Source: the human T2T-CHM13v2.0 reference genome, Homo sapiens
Direction: 5' to 3' (one strand)
DNA length: 64,000 nucleotides
Assembly (NCBI RefSeq): GCF_009914755.1
Contig: NC_060937.1
Positions 1-12,617 of this stretch are shown one piece after another. Each line of letters begins with the position of its first letter. Position 1 is the first letter of the stretch. The translations under genes were made by a program, and so were the position numbers. The notes beneath the pieces were generated by a model, which was given only the letters and a program-made list of their open reading frames with translations, ran no database searches and was not told the origin of the DNA.

Positions 1-681
1 GCCTGGACTTCTGATGACTGTGGAGTTGAACAAGCCCTGGACTGCCCACCTTTAGACTTCTTTTTATGAGGGAAAAATAAATAAATGGACCTCAAAGTCA
101 ATTATTTAGGTTTTCTTTCACATATCTTGATTTTTAAACTTCCAGCTTGATTCATAGCTGATATGCCTCAGCTGACAGTAACCTCTTTTTTGAAATTTCT
201 TAGCACTTTATCTGCATGTCTCTCATAATTATAATCTTCTTTTTTACTTATGCAAATGCTTACCTTTCCTATTAGACTGCACATTTCATCAGGACAGACC
301 CAAGTCAAATTCATCTTAGTTCATGCTACCATGCATAACAGCATACCTTCATCAAGGTAAAACTTAATACAAAAAACATTTTTTAAACTGCAAAAAACCA
401 CATAAGCTATCTGCTAACTCTATCAAAGATACAGAGGTAGATGGTAACATTTTAAACTTTAAGATAAACATAAATACATAAATCTATTTTTAAATCACCC
501 ACTATATTATAGATATGACACATCTTAAAATTTGACTAAAAACATGAAGTTATTATTAAAATTATGTTATCACTAACTTGAAATGCTGGTATTCAAGCAG
601 TGGGCAAACATACAAGTCTGCAAAAGACATTATTCAAGATACCTTCATATTTTAGATAAAAATGTTGAAAATATGTATTAC

Positions 682-774
682 CATTCTAATCGCTCCACCT
701 TTTCCACGATTCTTCACCAGGGTTATCACACGTACTTTGTCACTTCCATATTTCTGGCAATATTTAAAAGCTAC
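682..774 (-). CDS. ALG5: ALG5 exon 5 (VAFKYCQKYGSDKVRVITLVKNRGKGGAIRM)
   Basis: tcatag|GTA...ATG|gtaata, 93 nt, phase 0/0. Confidence 0.95.
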
Positions 775-1159
775 CTATGAAATTATATAAAAATCAGAAT
801 AAAATTAATTTGGATTAAAGAGAATTATATAAGCTGTGTTTCTTGCTTTGGTTCAAACACTGCTATTGCAGTTTATCCCTTCTTGTGACTAGGTTACACC
901 CACTGTACATTCTGATGACCTGGAGGAGCTGTAGAAATCTTGGTGCCATTGACCTACTAGGTTGAAATCATAGTTCAGTTTCCTGCAGAGGAACCACCAC
1001 AGTGGGCAATGACCTTCTTTTCTTGACTCCTCTACCTAAGCTACTGAGCTGCTAAAAAACAAACAACAACAACAACAAAAAACAACAAAAAAACCCCACA
1101 AAAGCCATGTGCTATCTGACTGGTACAAACTTATGATTGGGCCCTTAACACTGGTTAAT

Positions 1160-2420
1160 GACTTTTGTATTTGTTCTGGTCTGCAATCGCTCTTATTCCC
1201 CAGAGAGGCTGTTTGTATCCTGACCATTTCTCCCGAATCTTTTCACTCAAATTCCTCTCTCTCAGCAGTAAATTCTCTTCTAAATCTTCAATCTCTTCCT
1301 CTCTGCTGGCTCCACAGCCTCAGACTTGCTCAAGCTGCCAGCATCCTAAAAACTTTCCTTTGACTTCACTATTTTCTCAAGCTACGGCCATTACTCTGCT
1401 TTATAATCAAAGTCGTGAGATAGTGATCTATATTTGCCACCTGCATTTCATCACCCATTTATTTTTCGGTCCACTGTAGTAGGGCTCATGCCCTTTGCTC
1501 TTCCACATCCCGTTTCCTTGTAACCTTAGCCCATCAGGTACCCTCTCCTTTGACAACCATCTCTACAGGCAGCTGTAAAGTTGCTCTCATCTGGCCTTTG
1601 CCCTCCTCTACTGTTCCCAAGTTTTCACCAATAACTCCTTTTGCTTGGCTTGCTCCTTAAATGCTGATAATCCACACAAGGACTGACTCTACACTGTACA
1701 TACAGCTAATGGGAAACCCCTGGCCATCTTCTCTTCTCAACATAAAAGCTCACTGGGAGTCACTGCATGGGCTTAATTATAGCTTATATTTATGAATCTC
1801 ACATGTCTGTTTAGAGCCCAGACTCTTCTCTCCTGTGTCACCTAGTTATATATTGGATAAATAAAAACTCCAGAATTTCATTCATCTCCTCCTCCCAACT
1901 TCTGCTCAGTCTACATTCCTTGCTGCAGCAAATGGCATCATCATCTACTAAGTTCTCAAATTGAAAACCTGAGAATCATCTTCCATTTCTATCACCCATT
2001 ACAATTCACTGGCTACTATAACTCACTGACTGATTTGTAAAATCCCTCTCAAATCCATGCTATCCTCACACCTTCCTGACCTAGTTCAGGGCCTTATCCC
2101 CTAAAGTCCCCACATCTCTACCCTGACTCCCTAATTCATTCCTAAAGTTATACGAGTAGCCTTTCTAATATGGAAATCAGTTCACATAAGCCCTGTTCAA
2201 ACACCCTCAGTGATGACTTATGGCTTCTAAGCATCACATATGAGTTCCTTATCATAGCATAGGAGATCCTTTGTGATTCAGCCTTCACCTTTTTAGCCAG
2301 CTTCTGAGGCTGCCCCATTAGTACCGTGAACATTAGCAGTATTTGAGATTTCCAGACCATACCACGGTCTTACACTTGTATGCCTTTTCTCAGAACACTG
2401 TCTTCCAGCTTCCTCACCTG
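1160..2420 (-). mobile_element. Old L2 LINE fragments
   Basis: Pyrimidine-rich degenerate L2-like motifs; boundaries approximate. Confidence 0.5.
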
Positions 2421-2639
2421 TCAGGCCAGCTTAAGACTCAGCCAAACACCATTTCTCTTTTCTAGCCTCCATGCCCATCCCCACCTTCCCCCGGGAAAAA
2501 GAAAAGTATAATTCTAATAGCAATGTGTACTACTGAAGCATTTTCTCATTCAACTATTACTTTACTCATCACAATGCAACTGTAAATGTCAGCTACTTAA
2601 AGGCAAAGATTTTTATTTCTGGTATCTGGCACATAGCTG

Positions 2640-3370
2640 AAATCTATCAGTTTCAACCAGCAAATGCAGCCATGGTCCTGTTGTAGCACTGTTAACTAGC
2701 TGCCAAACCAGCAAACAGTGCCTCCTTCTTTGCTGTTATGGCCCCAATAATGCAGTGACAACTGTGAAGCCCTAGGGGATGAACCATGATTGGTCTAACT
2801 CCTCTTTGCTGAGTACTTTTGCAGCCTCCCTGCAGGCTTTGGTGTCATGTCACTAAGTTCTAGCTTGTGAACTTTGGGTGTGGGCTTTAGTAGAGGGAGG
2901 GGTGAGGACTTCTGATAAAGATTTTCGTTCCTAGTTAAAAAGGAGAGATGCACGCAGAGATGATTCTTTTTTTTTGACACAGGGTCTTGCTCTGCTACCC
3001 AGGCTGGAGTTCAGTCGTGCGATCACAGCTCACTGTAACCTTGAACTCTTGCGCTCAAGCAGTCCTCCCACCCTCCCACCTTGGCCTCCCAAAGTGTTGG
3101 GATTACGGGCATGAACCACCATGCCCAGCCCAGAGATGATTCTTAAAGTCCTGGCTGTCCCTTACTACTCCAGGACATGTAATATTTGCAGCTGTGGCCA
3201 TTTTGTGATGAAGGAATGCGTGAGACTGAAAATGATATGGATCTAGCAACCTGATCCTGTTTAAATGCTAAGCCAACTCTGGAATCAACTATTTCTAGAC
3301 TTCCTGGCAGATGAGATAATTAAACGTCTTTATTATCTAAGCCACTCTATGATATAGTTCCTAATTGATA
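2640..3370 (+). mobile_element. MLT1-like (MaLR) LTR remnant interrupted by an Alu monomer
   Basis: MLT1-type 3' end (ctagacttc...gagataattaaac...aagccact...cctaattgata); recalled similarity only. Confidence 0.4.
2969..3130 (-). mobile_element. Alu monomer (FRAM/AluJ-like) with 14-bp TSD cagagatgattctt
   Basis: Single ~160-nt Alu arm; TSD at 2955-2968 and 3131-3144. Confidence 0.9.
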
Positions 3371-4801
3371 AAAATGTCTAACACATAGTGCTCTAATTAT
3401 TTGATGCATATTTCCAGTATTATTAATAGATGTGAACTCCTTCAAGGTAGAAAGTGGTCTTTACATCTTTGTATTTTAGTGCCAGTCAGAACTCTCGACT
3501 TCTGCTTAACAGCTGAAGAAATGTGTTCAAAGAACAGTTATTTGTGCTGTAGATGTTTACTCTGGAATGGCACAATACTTGAGACTGCAAAACCAAGAAG
3601 ATAAAGTCATTATATAAGTAGCTAAGTGAACTAATAAGACTTTACTATGTTAGGATGAAAAGCTCCCTCTAGAGTATGGTATCTAGCTTCAAGGAATATA
3701 ACATTGTTAAAGCCACAACTGTTTGGAATGGATGCACAATGAAGCTTTACAGCATGGCCTTTAGTATACAGGGCAGCAGCTGTCACTCGGCCACCATTTG
3801 TGAACTGAGTTCCTACTGAGTGCCTACTCGCCTTTTTGGTATGTTGTTTGAGGATATAATAAACATCACTGTACAACTGCAGTATTCTCTTGTACTATAC
3901 CTTGTGCCCCCTTGGTCTGAAACGCCTCAAGAACAAGAGCCGTATCTAAAATTTTCCTCACACCCCTCAGACTGTAAGACATTAACAGGGAATCTATAAA
4001 TACTTAACTTAGCGAAAACTGGTTTGTTTTAAATAAAAACTTCTACTAAATATAATTTCAACTTTCTACTTCCTCCCAACCTTGGGAGCAGTGGGGCCAA
4101 TTGCTAACCCCTCCCTTGCTTGTCCTCCCTGGGAGGGCATCCCTGATCCTTCCAGCAGAGCAGCTGGCCACTCACAGGTCAAGGGCCACCAAAAAAGTGC
4201 TCCTCAGGAGAAGATGCACAGCCTCAGCTGGGTCTAGGCTACCTCTATAATCTCAACAGCAAGTGTCCAATGTGGCTTTCCATGCCATTCCCTTCATGTA
4301 TCACTAAACTGCTGAGATGGCTTGTGTTCATAACTTTCACATCATACTATTCAAAGTGCAGCACTTACCCTTCCTAAGCCAGATCCTGCCAATGCTCTCT
4401 GTGCATGTGAAAGGACACACCTGCTTCCCAGGGGCTGGTACGAAAGCAGCTTTCTATTGGCGTGACTGCTTTAGAAATTATAAGGCAAGATGGAGCATAA
4501 AGAAACTGTGCTTAGGGAAAAAGGAAGCACAAATTGGTAGGCAACGAAGGTTCCTACCCTAAAGGCCAGGAGGAACTGTGCGCGGGCATGTTTCTTCCCT
4601 ATCTGGCGATCTTCAAAGCTTCCCTGGTCTTATGGAGAAGTTCCATAAATGAAATCTGTTTTTTCTGCTATCTAGACTATAACAATGGAGAGTGTTAGGC
4701 ACAGCTTTAGGGTCCCCTGGTGAATGAAAGTGAGATTTCACATGTGCAAAATTATTCTCTATTTTCTAACTATTGTCAATTCTAAAAGCAAGTGTATTTA
4801 C

Positions 4802-4870
4802 CTTTGAGGTCTGATCTTTACTGCCATCATCAACTACTATCACTTCATAAGTGAACGCAGGATCTCGTTT
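4802..4870 (-). CDS. ALG5: ALG5 exon 4 (KRDPAFTYEVIVVDDGSKDQTSK)
   Basis: ttgcag|AAA...AAG|gtaaat, 69 nt; DDGS motif. Confidence 0.95.
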
Positions 4871-5159
4871 CTGCAAGAAACAAAAATAAAGTAATACAAT
4901 TTGGCATAACTGCCATAAAGTATTCTAATCAAATCACCAGTAATTTAAAAAACAACTGCTTTAGTGTTGATACATATAAATTTGAATATAAATATTAGTG
5001 CACAAACCGCATAAAATAAAAAGGCTAAGTAAAAAGAGAGAGAGAGATCCTGGGTAGAGGTGGAGAGTGAATATTGACTCAATCTCTCCATGTCACCTTG
5101 CTGTTCCCCAGTCTGCCCTGTACCTTGGTGGTGGAAGAAGCCAGGTACTTGTGGTGCTA

Positions 5160-5390
5160 TAGCACATTTGAGAGGGTACAGGTGTGTAAGAAAAAAGCTC
5201 CTGAGGTTTGAAGTCAGAGAGGGCAGATTCCAGCTTGGCTGCAGCATTTCTTAGCCTAATGACCTTGGGCAACTTAACTTTTTGGGCCTATTTTCTGATT
5301 AAAAAAAGAGAACAGAAAAACCTACTCTATGTGGCTGGTGTGAAGATTACACGTAATTGAAGAGGTAGAAGCCTCATACATATTAAAGGC
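5160..5390 (+). mobile_element. MIR
   Basis: MIR core-like tgaccttgggcaacttaac. Confidence 0.55.
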
Positions 5391-6186
5391 TCAATTCCTT
5401 TCTTCTTTTCTCTAAATTGAATGTTTGAAGTTGGTAATAAGGTAATACAGCCCTTTCTCTTTCAGTGAATCTTCTATTTCCCCTTTATACAAAAAATCTA
5501 AAAGCAAAGTAAATCAAAACAATTTTTTTTTAAAAAGAACTCACTTAATTCTTAATCCCTCCAAGGGGATTCCAATGGCAGCTAATGTTACAAAAGAAGG
5601 TTGTGTATTACTTCTCTTCTCCTTATGTAGGGAAAACAGGAAGAAAATGTGAGGGGAGACTCTTGAGAATATTGAAGAAATACAAAATAATTTCAATGTA
5701 AGTGTGTCTTTTAAAAATATCTTTTTTCTGTTCATTCAGACTTAGTTTTTCTGTTTATTCAAACCCAGTTAACCAAAAAATAAAAAAAGAGAGAAGAGAA
5801 TAAAAGTTAACAGCAAAAACAGCAACAATACACCTTTTCTTACAAGTCACAAAAGTAAAAACAGCATTGTGGCATCATACAAAGTCTGCAGACATACACT
5901 GTCACTCAATTTTAAATATATCATCAAGCAAGACAGGATTAAAATGGGTAGGAGGGTACAGAAACAGAAATTTTCGCTTCCTGGTTTGTCCTGGGTCAAC
6001 GACCTGCCTCTGGAGGTAGCATGCTACGTGCCGGGCTTATGGATAGCAACAAGCAAGCAGCAGGTGGCCCAGCGATCGGGGTGCTGCCAGGACTGCCTCT
6101 CACAGTGCATCTGGCTTGGGGTCCACAATTGGTGACCTGGTCTAGTTTTAATTGGAGATATCATATTAAAAGAGAAAACATGATAC

Positions 6187-6233
6187 CTGTCTCTTCTCTA
6201 GATAGCTCAGAGCTTCATCCATCATCACAGGCA
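6187..6233 (-). CDS. ALG5: ALG5 exon 3 (LPVMMDEALSYLEKRQ)
   Basis: cttcaag|TG...CAG|gtatca, 47 nt. Confidence 0.95.
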
Positions 6234-6622
6234 CTTGAAGAAAAAAATATATTAAAAATCGCTTTTGAAAATGATTTTCCAAGCCCGGCACATTCAGCTT
6301 ACATACAGAAAAAAGTCCCAATAATCTAACAAGCCCCTCTGGTACTTTCCCAATGGTCATTCCCATCTGAAATCCTGCCTTCTGTCCACAATGTGCTTAT
6401 TACCTCTCTAGAACATTCCAGTCCCGCTGCCTCATGATGCTGCTCCTATTCATGAGAGCAAATATTCACTTCCCTCTCTGCCGAACTACAACAATTATCA
6501 ACTGTGTGCTCAACACAGCCCACATCTATTAATGTTTTGGCAAAGACAGTGAAGTCAAATACTTTAAATTTCCTTTTCTTTTCCAAACTACCCTTTACCA
6601 AAAAAATCAAAACAGGGCTTAC

Positions 6623-6794
6623 ACCGTTTTTCTTCATTGTATGAAGGCACAACGACAGAAAGTTGTTTGGTAGGTGAGTCCCATATGCTGGGTAAAGTTT
6701 CTTTCTGGCCTTTGGCATTTAAGAAGAATTTCTCTTCTTCATGTCGATGGAGTGCTGGCATTTTTGTAGCAGTTGTAAATGCAACGATGGAAAT
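6623..6794 (-). CDS. ALG5: ALG5 exon 2 (ISIVAFTTAT...VVVPSYNEEKR)
   Basis: ttttag|ATT...CGG T|gtaagc, 172 nt. Confidence 0.95.
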
Positions 6795-7689
6795 CTAAAA
6801 GCAGACATACATGTCTTTTACAAAACAGAAATTATGTTTTGCTGACTTTTCTGTATTTATGTTAGAATACATCATCTACTTTTCTTTTAGTTGAATACTC
6901 ACTCTCAGGTTTTAGTTCATTAACAATGGTCTAGAGGTGACTCCAAAATTAGACAATAGTGAGTCCCCTACTTATGAACGAATTACTGTCCTTTTTTCCA
7001 TCAGTAAGGTGCTGATGCCTTAGGAGGCTCTGTCTCTTCCCAGTCATCATTCGCCAGGCCTCCACCATCCCAGCTACAATAAAGGTCAGTCACTACAGGA
7101 AGACCAGTCTACTCTCAGGTGCCCTAAAACCCTGATCCTTAGCGTGTCTACATGCATAGAGACACACACACATATAGTAAGGTCCTATCGCTACTTGGAA
7201 TCTATATGTGACAGGACAAGTCCATTTTGCAGTTGGAACATGTGGGGTGAGGGCACACTTTCCATCCAGGACCAGACAGACCCAAGATATAAAAGGAAGA
7301 TTCCCCAGACTACCAAGTAGGGACCAACAATGTTTAAGAATATGTTTTTGACACTTAACTCGAATTTGAATTCAGAATACAGCATTTACTGAAGTATCTA
7401 ACTTACAGGCTCCCTTCCATATGCACTTGGGAGCTAAGCTTTGGAAATAACCATTGTTTTTACATTGTTTCTATTGGTACACTTTCTGCTTTCAAAACAG
7501 TCTTTAAATTTTTGGAATGCTATTCATTTGTAATTTAATGATCAATTTGAAGACATTATCAAATTGTCATTGTCATCAGCTCCTGAGGTTTGATCTTTGA
7601 GGTCTGATCTTTACTGCCATCATCAACTACTATCACTTCAGAGATTATAAGATTATAATCAAAGATTATCAAAGATTATAAGGGCTGTG

Positions 7690-9030
7690 CTGAAAGGACA
7701 AAGTAGTCAACCTGAATGGGCTCTCAGTGGCCTATGATGCAAGAATCTGATCGTCCTCCCACTTCCCCCCTGCCAAAAAAAATTACTGCAATGGATCAAA
7801 CCATGAAAAATACTGTAAATCATAAATTTGCAATGATACTAAAGACAAAAACTGGGTAAGATGCAGGAAGGATCTCATTTCAAAAATTTGCCTTTTGCGT
7901 TTTATATGTATGAAAGGTATTTTAGGGTAAATGAATAGCTGAGGATGAGATTTCTTTCATTACAAAACTCTAGGTAATAAATGAAGGATACAATGAGAAT
8001 ATTTCACTTTGCAACCCGCAATGAAATAAAGCATTTAGGTAATGATCCTCAATGACTACTAAAACCATTAGGCTGATGACAAACTTTATAAACTGGTGGG
8101 TCTGGCTGGCAACATTTGAAACCACAGATCCATCTTAACACCAGAGACAAATGGCCATTACATGACTCCTGATGAGACACAAGAGAAAGGAAGAAGCATC
8201 ACTCACAATTTTTTCTTGATTAAAAAACACATCGAGTATGTATCTGATCAGGTCTCTCCATCCTAACTACCAGTTTATAGAAAATTTGAGATAGAAGATG
8301 TTAAAAGGCATTAAGGGGATGCAATCAAAGAAATCCAAATTGTGAGAAGTTCTACAGGACAAATGATCATATTAAAGACAAGGAAAAAGGCCGGGCGCGG
8401 TGGCTCATGTCTGTAATCCCAGAAGTTTGGGAGGCCGAGGAGGGTGGATCACCTGAGTTCAGGAGTTCGAGACCAGCCTGGCCAACATGGCGAAACCCCA
8501 TCTCTATTAAAAGTACAAAAATTAACCGGGAGTGGTGGTAGGCGCCTGTAATCCCAGCTACTCAGGAGGCTGAGGCAGGAGAATTGCTTGAGGGCAGAGG
8601 TTGCAGTGAGCCAAGATCACACCACTGCACTCCAGCCTGGGTGACAAGAGCCAGACTCTGTCTCAAAAAAAAAAAAAAAAAAAAGACAAGGAAAAGAAAA
8701 AAAGGGGGAGGAGAAACTGTCAACTGATTAAGAGACTCAAGACATCAACAGAGTACAATGTGTGGCACTTGTTTGGATCCTGATTGGAACAAACAGACAT
8801 ATATACTGAGACATATATGAGACAAGTGAGGGCAAGTGAACTGAGGGGGCATTTGAAATCACAGAATAAATTTAAATCTGTGACCACTTTATTGTGGTAT
8901 TTTAAAAAGAAGGACCTTATCTGTTAGAAATAAATGCTGAGGATTTAAAGATAAAATGTCTTCGAGTTGTTTTAAAATAATTCAGAAAGGAGGTGAGACT
9001 GTGAGTAATGGAGAGTGGATACATATGAAG
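7690..9030 (+). mobile_element. Old L1M(C)-type 3' fragment interrupted by an Alu
   Basis: A-rich degenerate L1MC-like 3'UTR motifs. Confidence 0.5.
8389..8684 (+). mobile_element. AluS
   Basis: Dimeric Alu, poly(A), TSD aaagacaaggaaaa. Confidence 0.95.
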
Positions 9031-9399
9031 ACAGGATGAGGTTTTGAAAAATTATTTTTTTAATGATTTCTTGCTCTGGCATTTAAAAAACCTAAGTTTC
9101 ACTAGTTGTGCAACATTTGAGTACACGAGCTCATTTCTCCAACATGTTTCCTCACCAGTAAAATAATGCTAATGATAACATATATGTCACAGTGTTAAAG
9201 ATTTAATAACTCCTATTAAACCAAGTGCAACACAACATATAGTAAGTACTACAATCAATAAATGGTAGCTCTTATCACTTCAAGCTAGTGGGAACAAATA
9301 CCGTCAGTACAATCCCATAAAATCTGTGCAAAAGACCCAAAGTAAGGCAGCTTCAATCTAAGAATGTGTGAATCCACTCCCCGCCCGCACCCCGCCAAA

Positions 9400-9423
9400 A
9401 ATCAATCAATCAATCAATCAATC
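9400..9423 (+). repeat. (AATC)6 microsatellite
   Basis: Direct reading. Confidence 0.9.
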
Positions 9424-9859
9424 CTGGTTTGCTCAAAAACTTGAAAAAACAAAAAAGCCCTAAACCCTGAAATCTCTACTAGTTAGGGCAAGAGAGGACT
9501 CCTCTCTCACCCAGATACTATCAACAAAGAAGTAAGGATGCATTACATTTTATCTAAACTGTAAATTTATACAACCTCTGGAAAGATGGCAGAGTGGCCT
9601 TCCTGGCAGTGCTGTCTAGGTGGCTAATCTGAATGTCAAGGAAGCTGAAATCCTCTCCACTTACTAACTAGAGGGCAGGCTCATTCCAAGGTGTGCGGGA
9701 GAGAGTTCGCCAATTTTCTACCACTTAACAATCAGCAAGTGTTTACAATGTTTTTGTGTTTCGAGAGCAAGGGCAAAGACAATCGAGTTTGCATTCTATC
9801 GTCCTGCCTTGTTTAGGGGCAGTATATTTAGGGTGCTTAATTCTGGGACACAATGCGAC

Positions 9860-10700
9860 CCCGGACAAGGCGCCTGAGGCCTGTCTCTCTCGCTCACCCT
9901 GCGTCCCTAGTGGGTCTCATCGATCCACGCATTTATTCCCATTTGTAACAGATGGCTGCCGTCAAGGCTCCGTCACCCCTATTTGCTTAACCACATCAGC
10001 CAAGGGGGCAGGCTAGGGAGCACACCCCTTCTGGGGGCTCGAGACCTCCCTGGGTGGAGCAGAACTGCAGCGGCTGCAGGTCCCGGAGAGTCTGGGAGAG
10101 GTCGAGGTTGACAGAGGAGGTGGGTAGGGGGCGCGGGCGCCAGGGGCGATGGAAGCGGCGATGATGCCAGGCCGGGTGGGTGCGCTCCAGTGTGAAAAAA
10201 CTTACAAGTCTCTGAGCACACAAAGAGATAAGATTCCAAGGGAAAATTAAAGAACCGAAGAAAAGGAGAGTGAAACTCCAGGAAACTCCGAGGTCAGGAA
10301 TTTGGGGGAATCTAGGGGAAAAGGGACTTCTCCGAGAACTGGTAGCGCGGAGGAGGGGACGCCTGAGGAGCCGCAGTCTCCAGGAGAGCGGTAAGCCCCG
10401 GCCTGCGCGGGTTCCCATCCCTGTTCTCACCAGTACGAGGGCTGCGGCCGCCAGCGCCGCGCCGAGCACCGCCAGCTGCAACAGAAGCGGAGCCATTCTC
10501 CATGCCGTGGCAGCCCGCCCAATCCCGCACCTCCACACAGGCGGAAGCGCGCCCGCGCGACCCGGCCCCGCCGCCAGAGAGGTCGCGCCCGCTGGCCGCA
10601 GCGCCCCCGCGTGGCGAGGCGGAGAAAACGCCGCTCTCGTGCCCTCGGCGCCCAGTCGGTGGAGAGGAGCGCTAGGTTCCACAGCGGGGCGCCAGGTTTA
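9860..10700. promoter_or_regulatory. CpG island / ALG5 promoter
   Basis: High GC and CpG density over exon 1; GC-box-like and ETS-like (GCGGAAG near 10541) motifs. Confidence 0.85.
10431..10496 (-). CDS. ALG5: ALG5 exon 1 coding part (MAPLLLQLAVLGAALAAAALVL, signal-anchor)
   Basis: ATG at 10496, CTG|gtgaga donor, 66 nt, inside CpG island. Confidence 0.95.
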
Positions 10701-10749
10701 TCAAGTATGCAAGACGTCTACTTAATTTGAATTTCAGATTAAAAAACTA

Positions 10750-10990
10750 ATCATGTTTTTAACAGCCTTATTAAGATAGCCACATACCATACGACTCATC
10801 CAGTTACAGGTTTCTGGTTTATTACATTAGTTTTTATAAACTGTGGTAAAATAAAAAGTTGCCATTTTAATCATTTTAAGTTTACAATAGTGAGTGGCAT
10901 TAATTACATACATACTGTGCAACCATCACCACTATCTATCTGTAAAGCCTTCCCAGCTCCCTCCAGGTTCTGGCAACAACTAATTGCATG
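10750..10990 (-). mobile_element. L1M 3'-end fragment between the two CpG islands
   Basis: ttgccattttaatcattttaag...tgtgcaaccatcaccact L1MB-like motif. Confidence 0.6.
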
Positions 10991-11260
10991 CTCTATTTGG
11001 GGCATACTCATGCTTTAAAAAAAAAAAAAACCCACAAAAAAACAAAAACAAAAAACAAAAAAACCACGCTGTGTTTATCAGACATTCAAATTTAACGTGG
11101 TATCCTGTATTTTATCTGGTAACCCCACCTAGGAGGGAGATGGCAGCCTTGAGCACGACACAGTCTACAACACAAGGTGATGCTTAGGAGCCCTCAGCTC
11201 CGGGACCTGCAGAGCAGAACGTGGTGCGGACAATGAGCGCACAGAAAGTTCAGGTTTCTC

Positions 11261-11631
<371 letters not shown>

Positions 11632-11829
11632 TCACAGGCAGAAAAAAGACGCAGAAACATTGGAATAACGCTCCACACGCACTGCTTGATTCTGCGCTAG
11701 AAACCCTGTTATCTCCGAACTGTTGGTGTTATTCTGAGTTACAGCACCAGCTCTTTTATAAAGAGGAAGACCTGCTCCTTCTTTAACAGCAGATTCGTCA
11801 AAATACGTCCAAGGCAAGGAAACCTAGAA

Positions 11830-12280
11830 AGGCGTCTGGGCAGGGGAAAGTCGATGCGAGGGCGGGCCAGGGACCTTTCGTCGCGTCCCCACCTTGGCAT
11901 TTCCCGTGGCGTGAGCGGCCCCGGCATCCGTGTCGAAAGTGCGGCGGCGGAACAGGCGCGCAGGAGAGGAGCGGCGCAGGCGCAGACGCGCGGGCGGGAA
12001 GATGGCGGCTGGGTTCAAGTGAGTGTTGGCGGGTGGCGGGTAGAGTTCTGTACCCTGGCGGACGGCAGCTTCCTTTAACTCTTAGCTGGGATTCTCTCAC
12101 CTGGAGGCCGACCCCGTTGGGGTGCCATTTCCTTCCTCGTCGAGGCAGACGATGGGCGGGAGGACCTGGAGGTTGTCACAGTGAAAAGAAAGGGCTTCTT
12201 CCTCAGTGAGACGGGAGATGAAAGGACTCTGTAGAGTTCCATACCCGCTGCGAGCGCTCGTGAGCGTGGTGTGTAGTGAA
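11830..12280. promoter_or_regulatory. CpG island / EXOSC8 promoter with NRF1-, E2F- and YY1-like motifs
   Basis: CpG-rich; GCGCAGGCGCA 11974-11984 (NRF1-like), GGCGGGAA 11993-12000 (E2F-like), AAGATGGCGGC 11999-12009 (YY1 consensus overlapping the ATG). Confidence 0.8.
12002..12018 (+). CDS. EXOSC8: EXOSC8 exon 1 coding (MAAGFK)
   Basis: aagATGG Kozak; AA|gtgagt. Confidence 0.95.
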
Positions 12281-12323
12281 CGTGCAGTCCCAGGAGACAT
12301 AGTTGTAATCTTTTAAAGATTGT

Positions 12324-12617
<294 letters not shown>

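Larger units (their letters stand above)
682..10496 (-). other. ALG5: ALG5 gene span in window (coding exons 1-5 of dolichyl-phosphate beta-glucosyltransferase; 3' part outside window)
   Basis: Spliced exons of 66+172+47+69+93=447 nt give MAPLLLQLAVLGAALAAAALVLISIVAF...VVVPSYNEEKRL...VIVVDDGSKD...NRGKGGAIRM (GT-A/GT2 motifs); all GT-AG. Confidence 0.97.

Noticed and set aside
5970-6145. GC-rich patch in ALG5 intron 3 that might be an ncRNA
   Set aside because: No snoRNA or tRNA boxes recognised; the ends loosely resemble a hAT-Blackjack-type element and cannot be classified without a search.
9996-10725. 228-aa (minus) and 151-aa (plus) ORFs over ALG5 exon 1
   Set aside because: GTG starts in a stop-poor CpG island. 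The 228-aa ORF is ALG5 exon 1 plus read-through into UTR and intron; there is no independent coding evidence.
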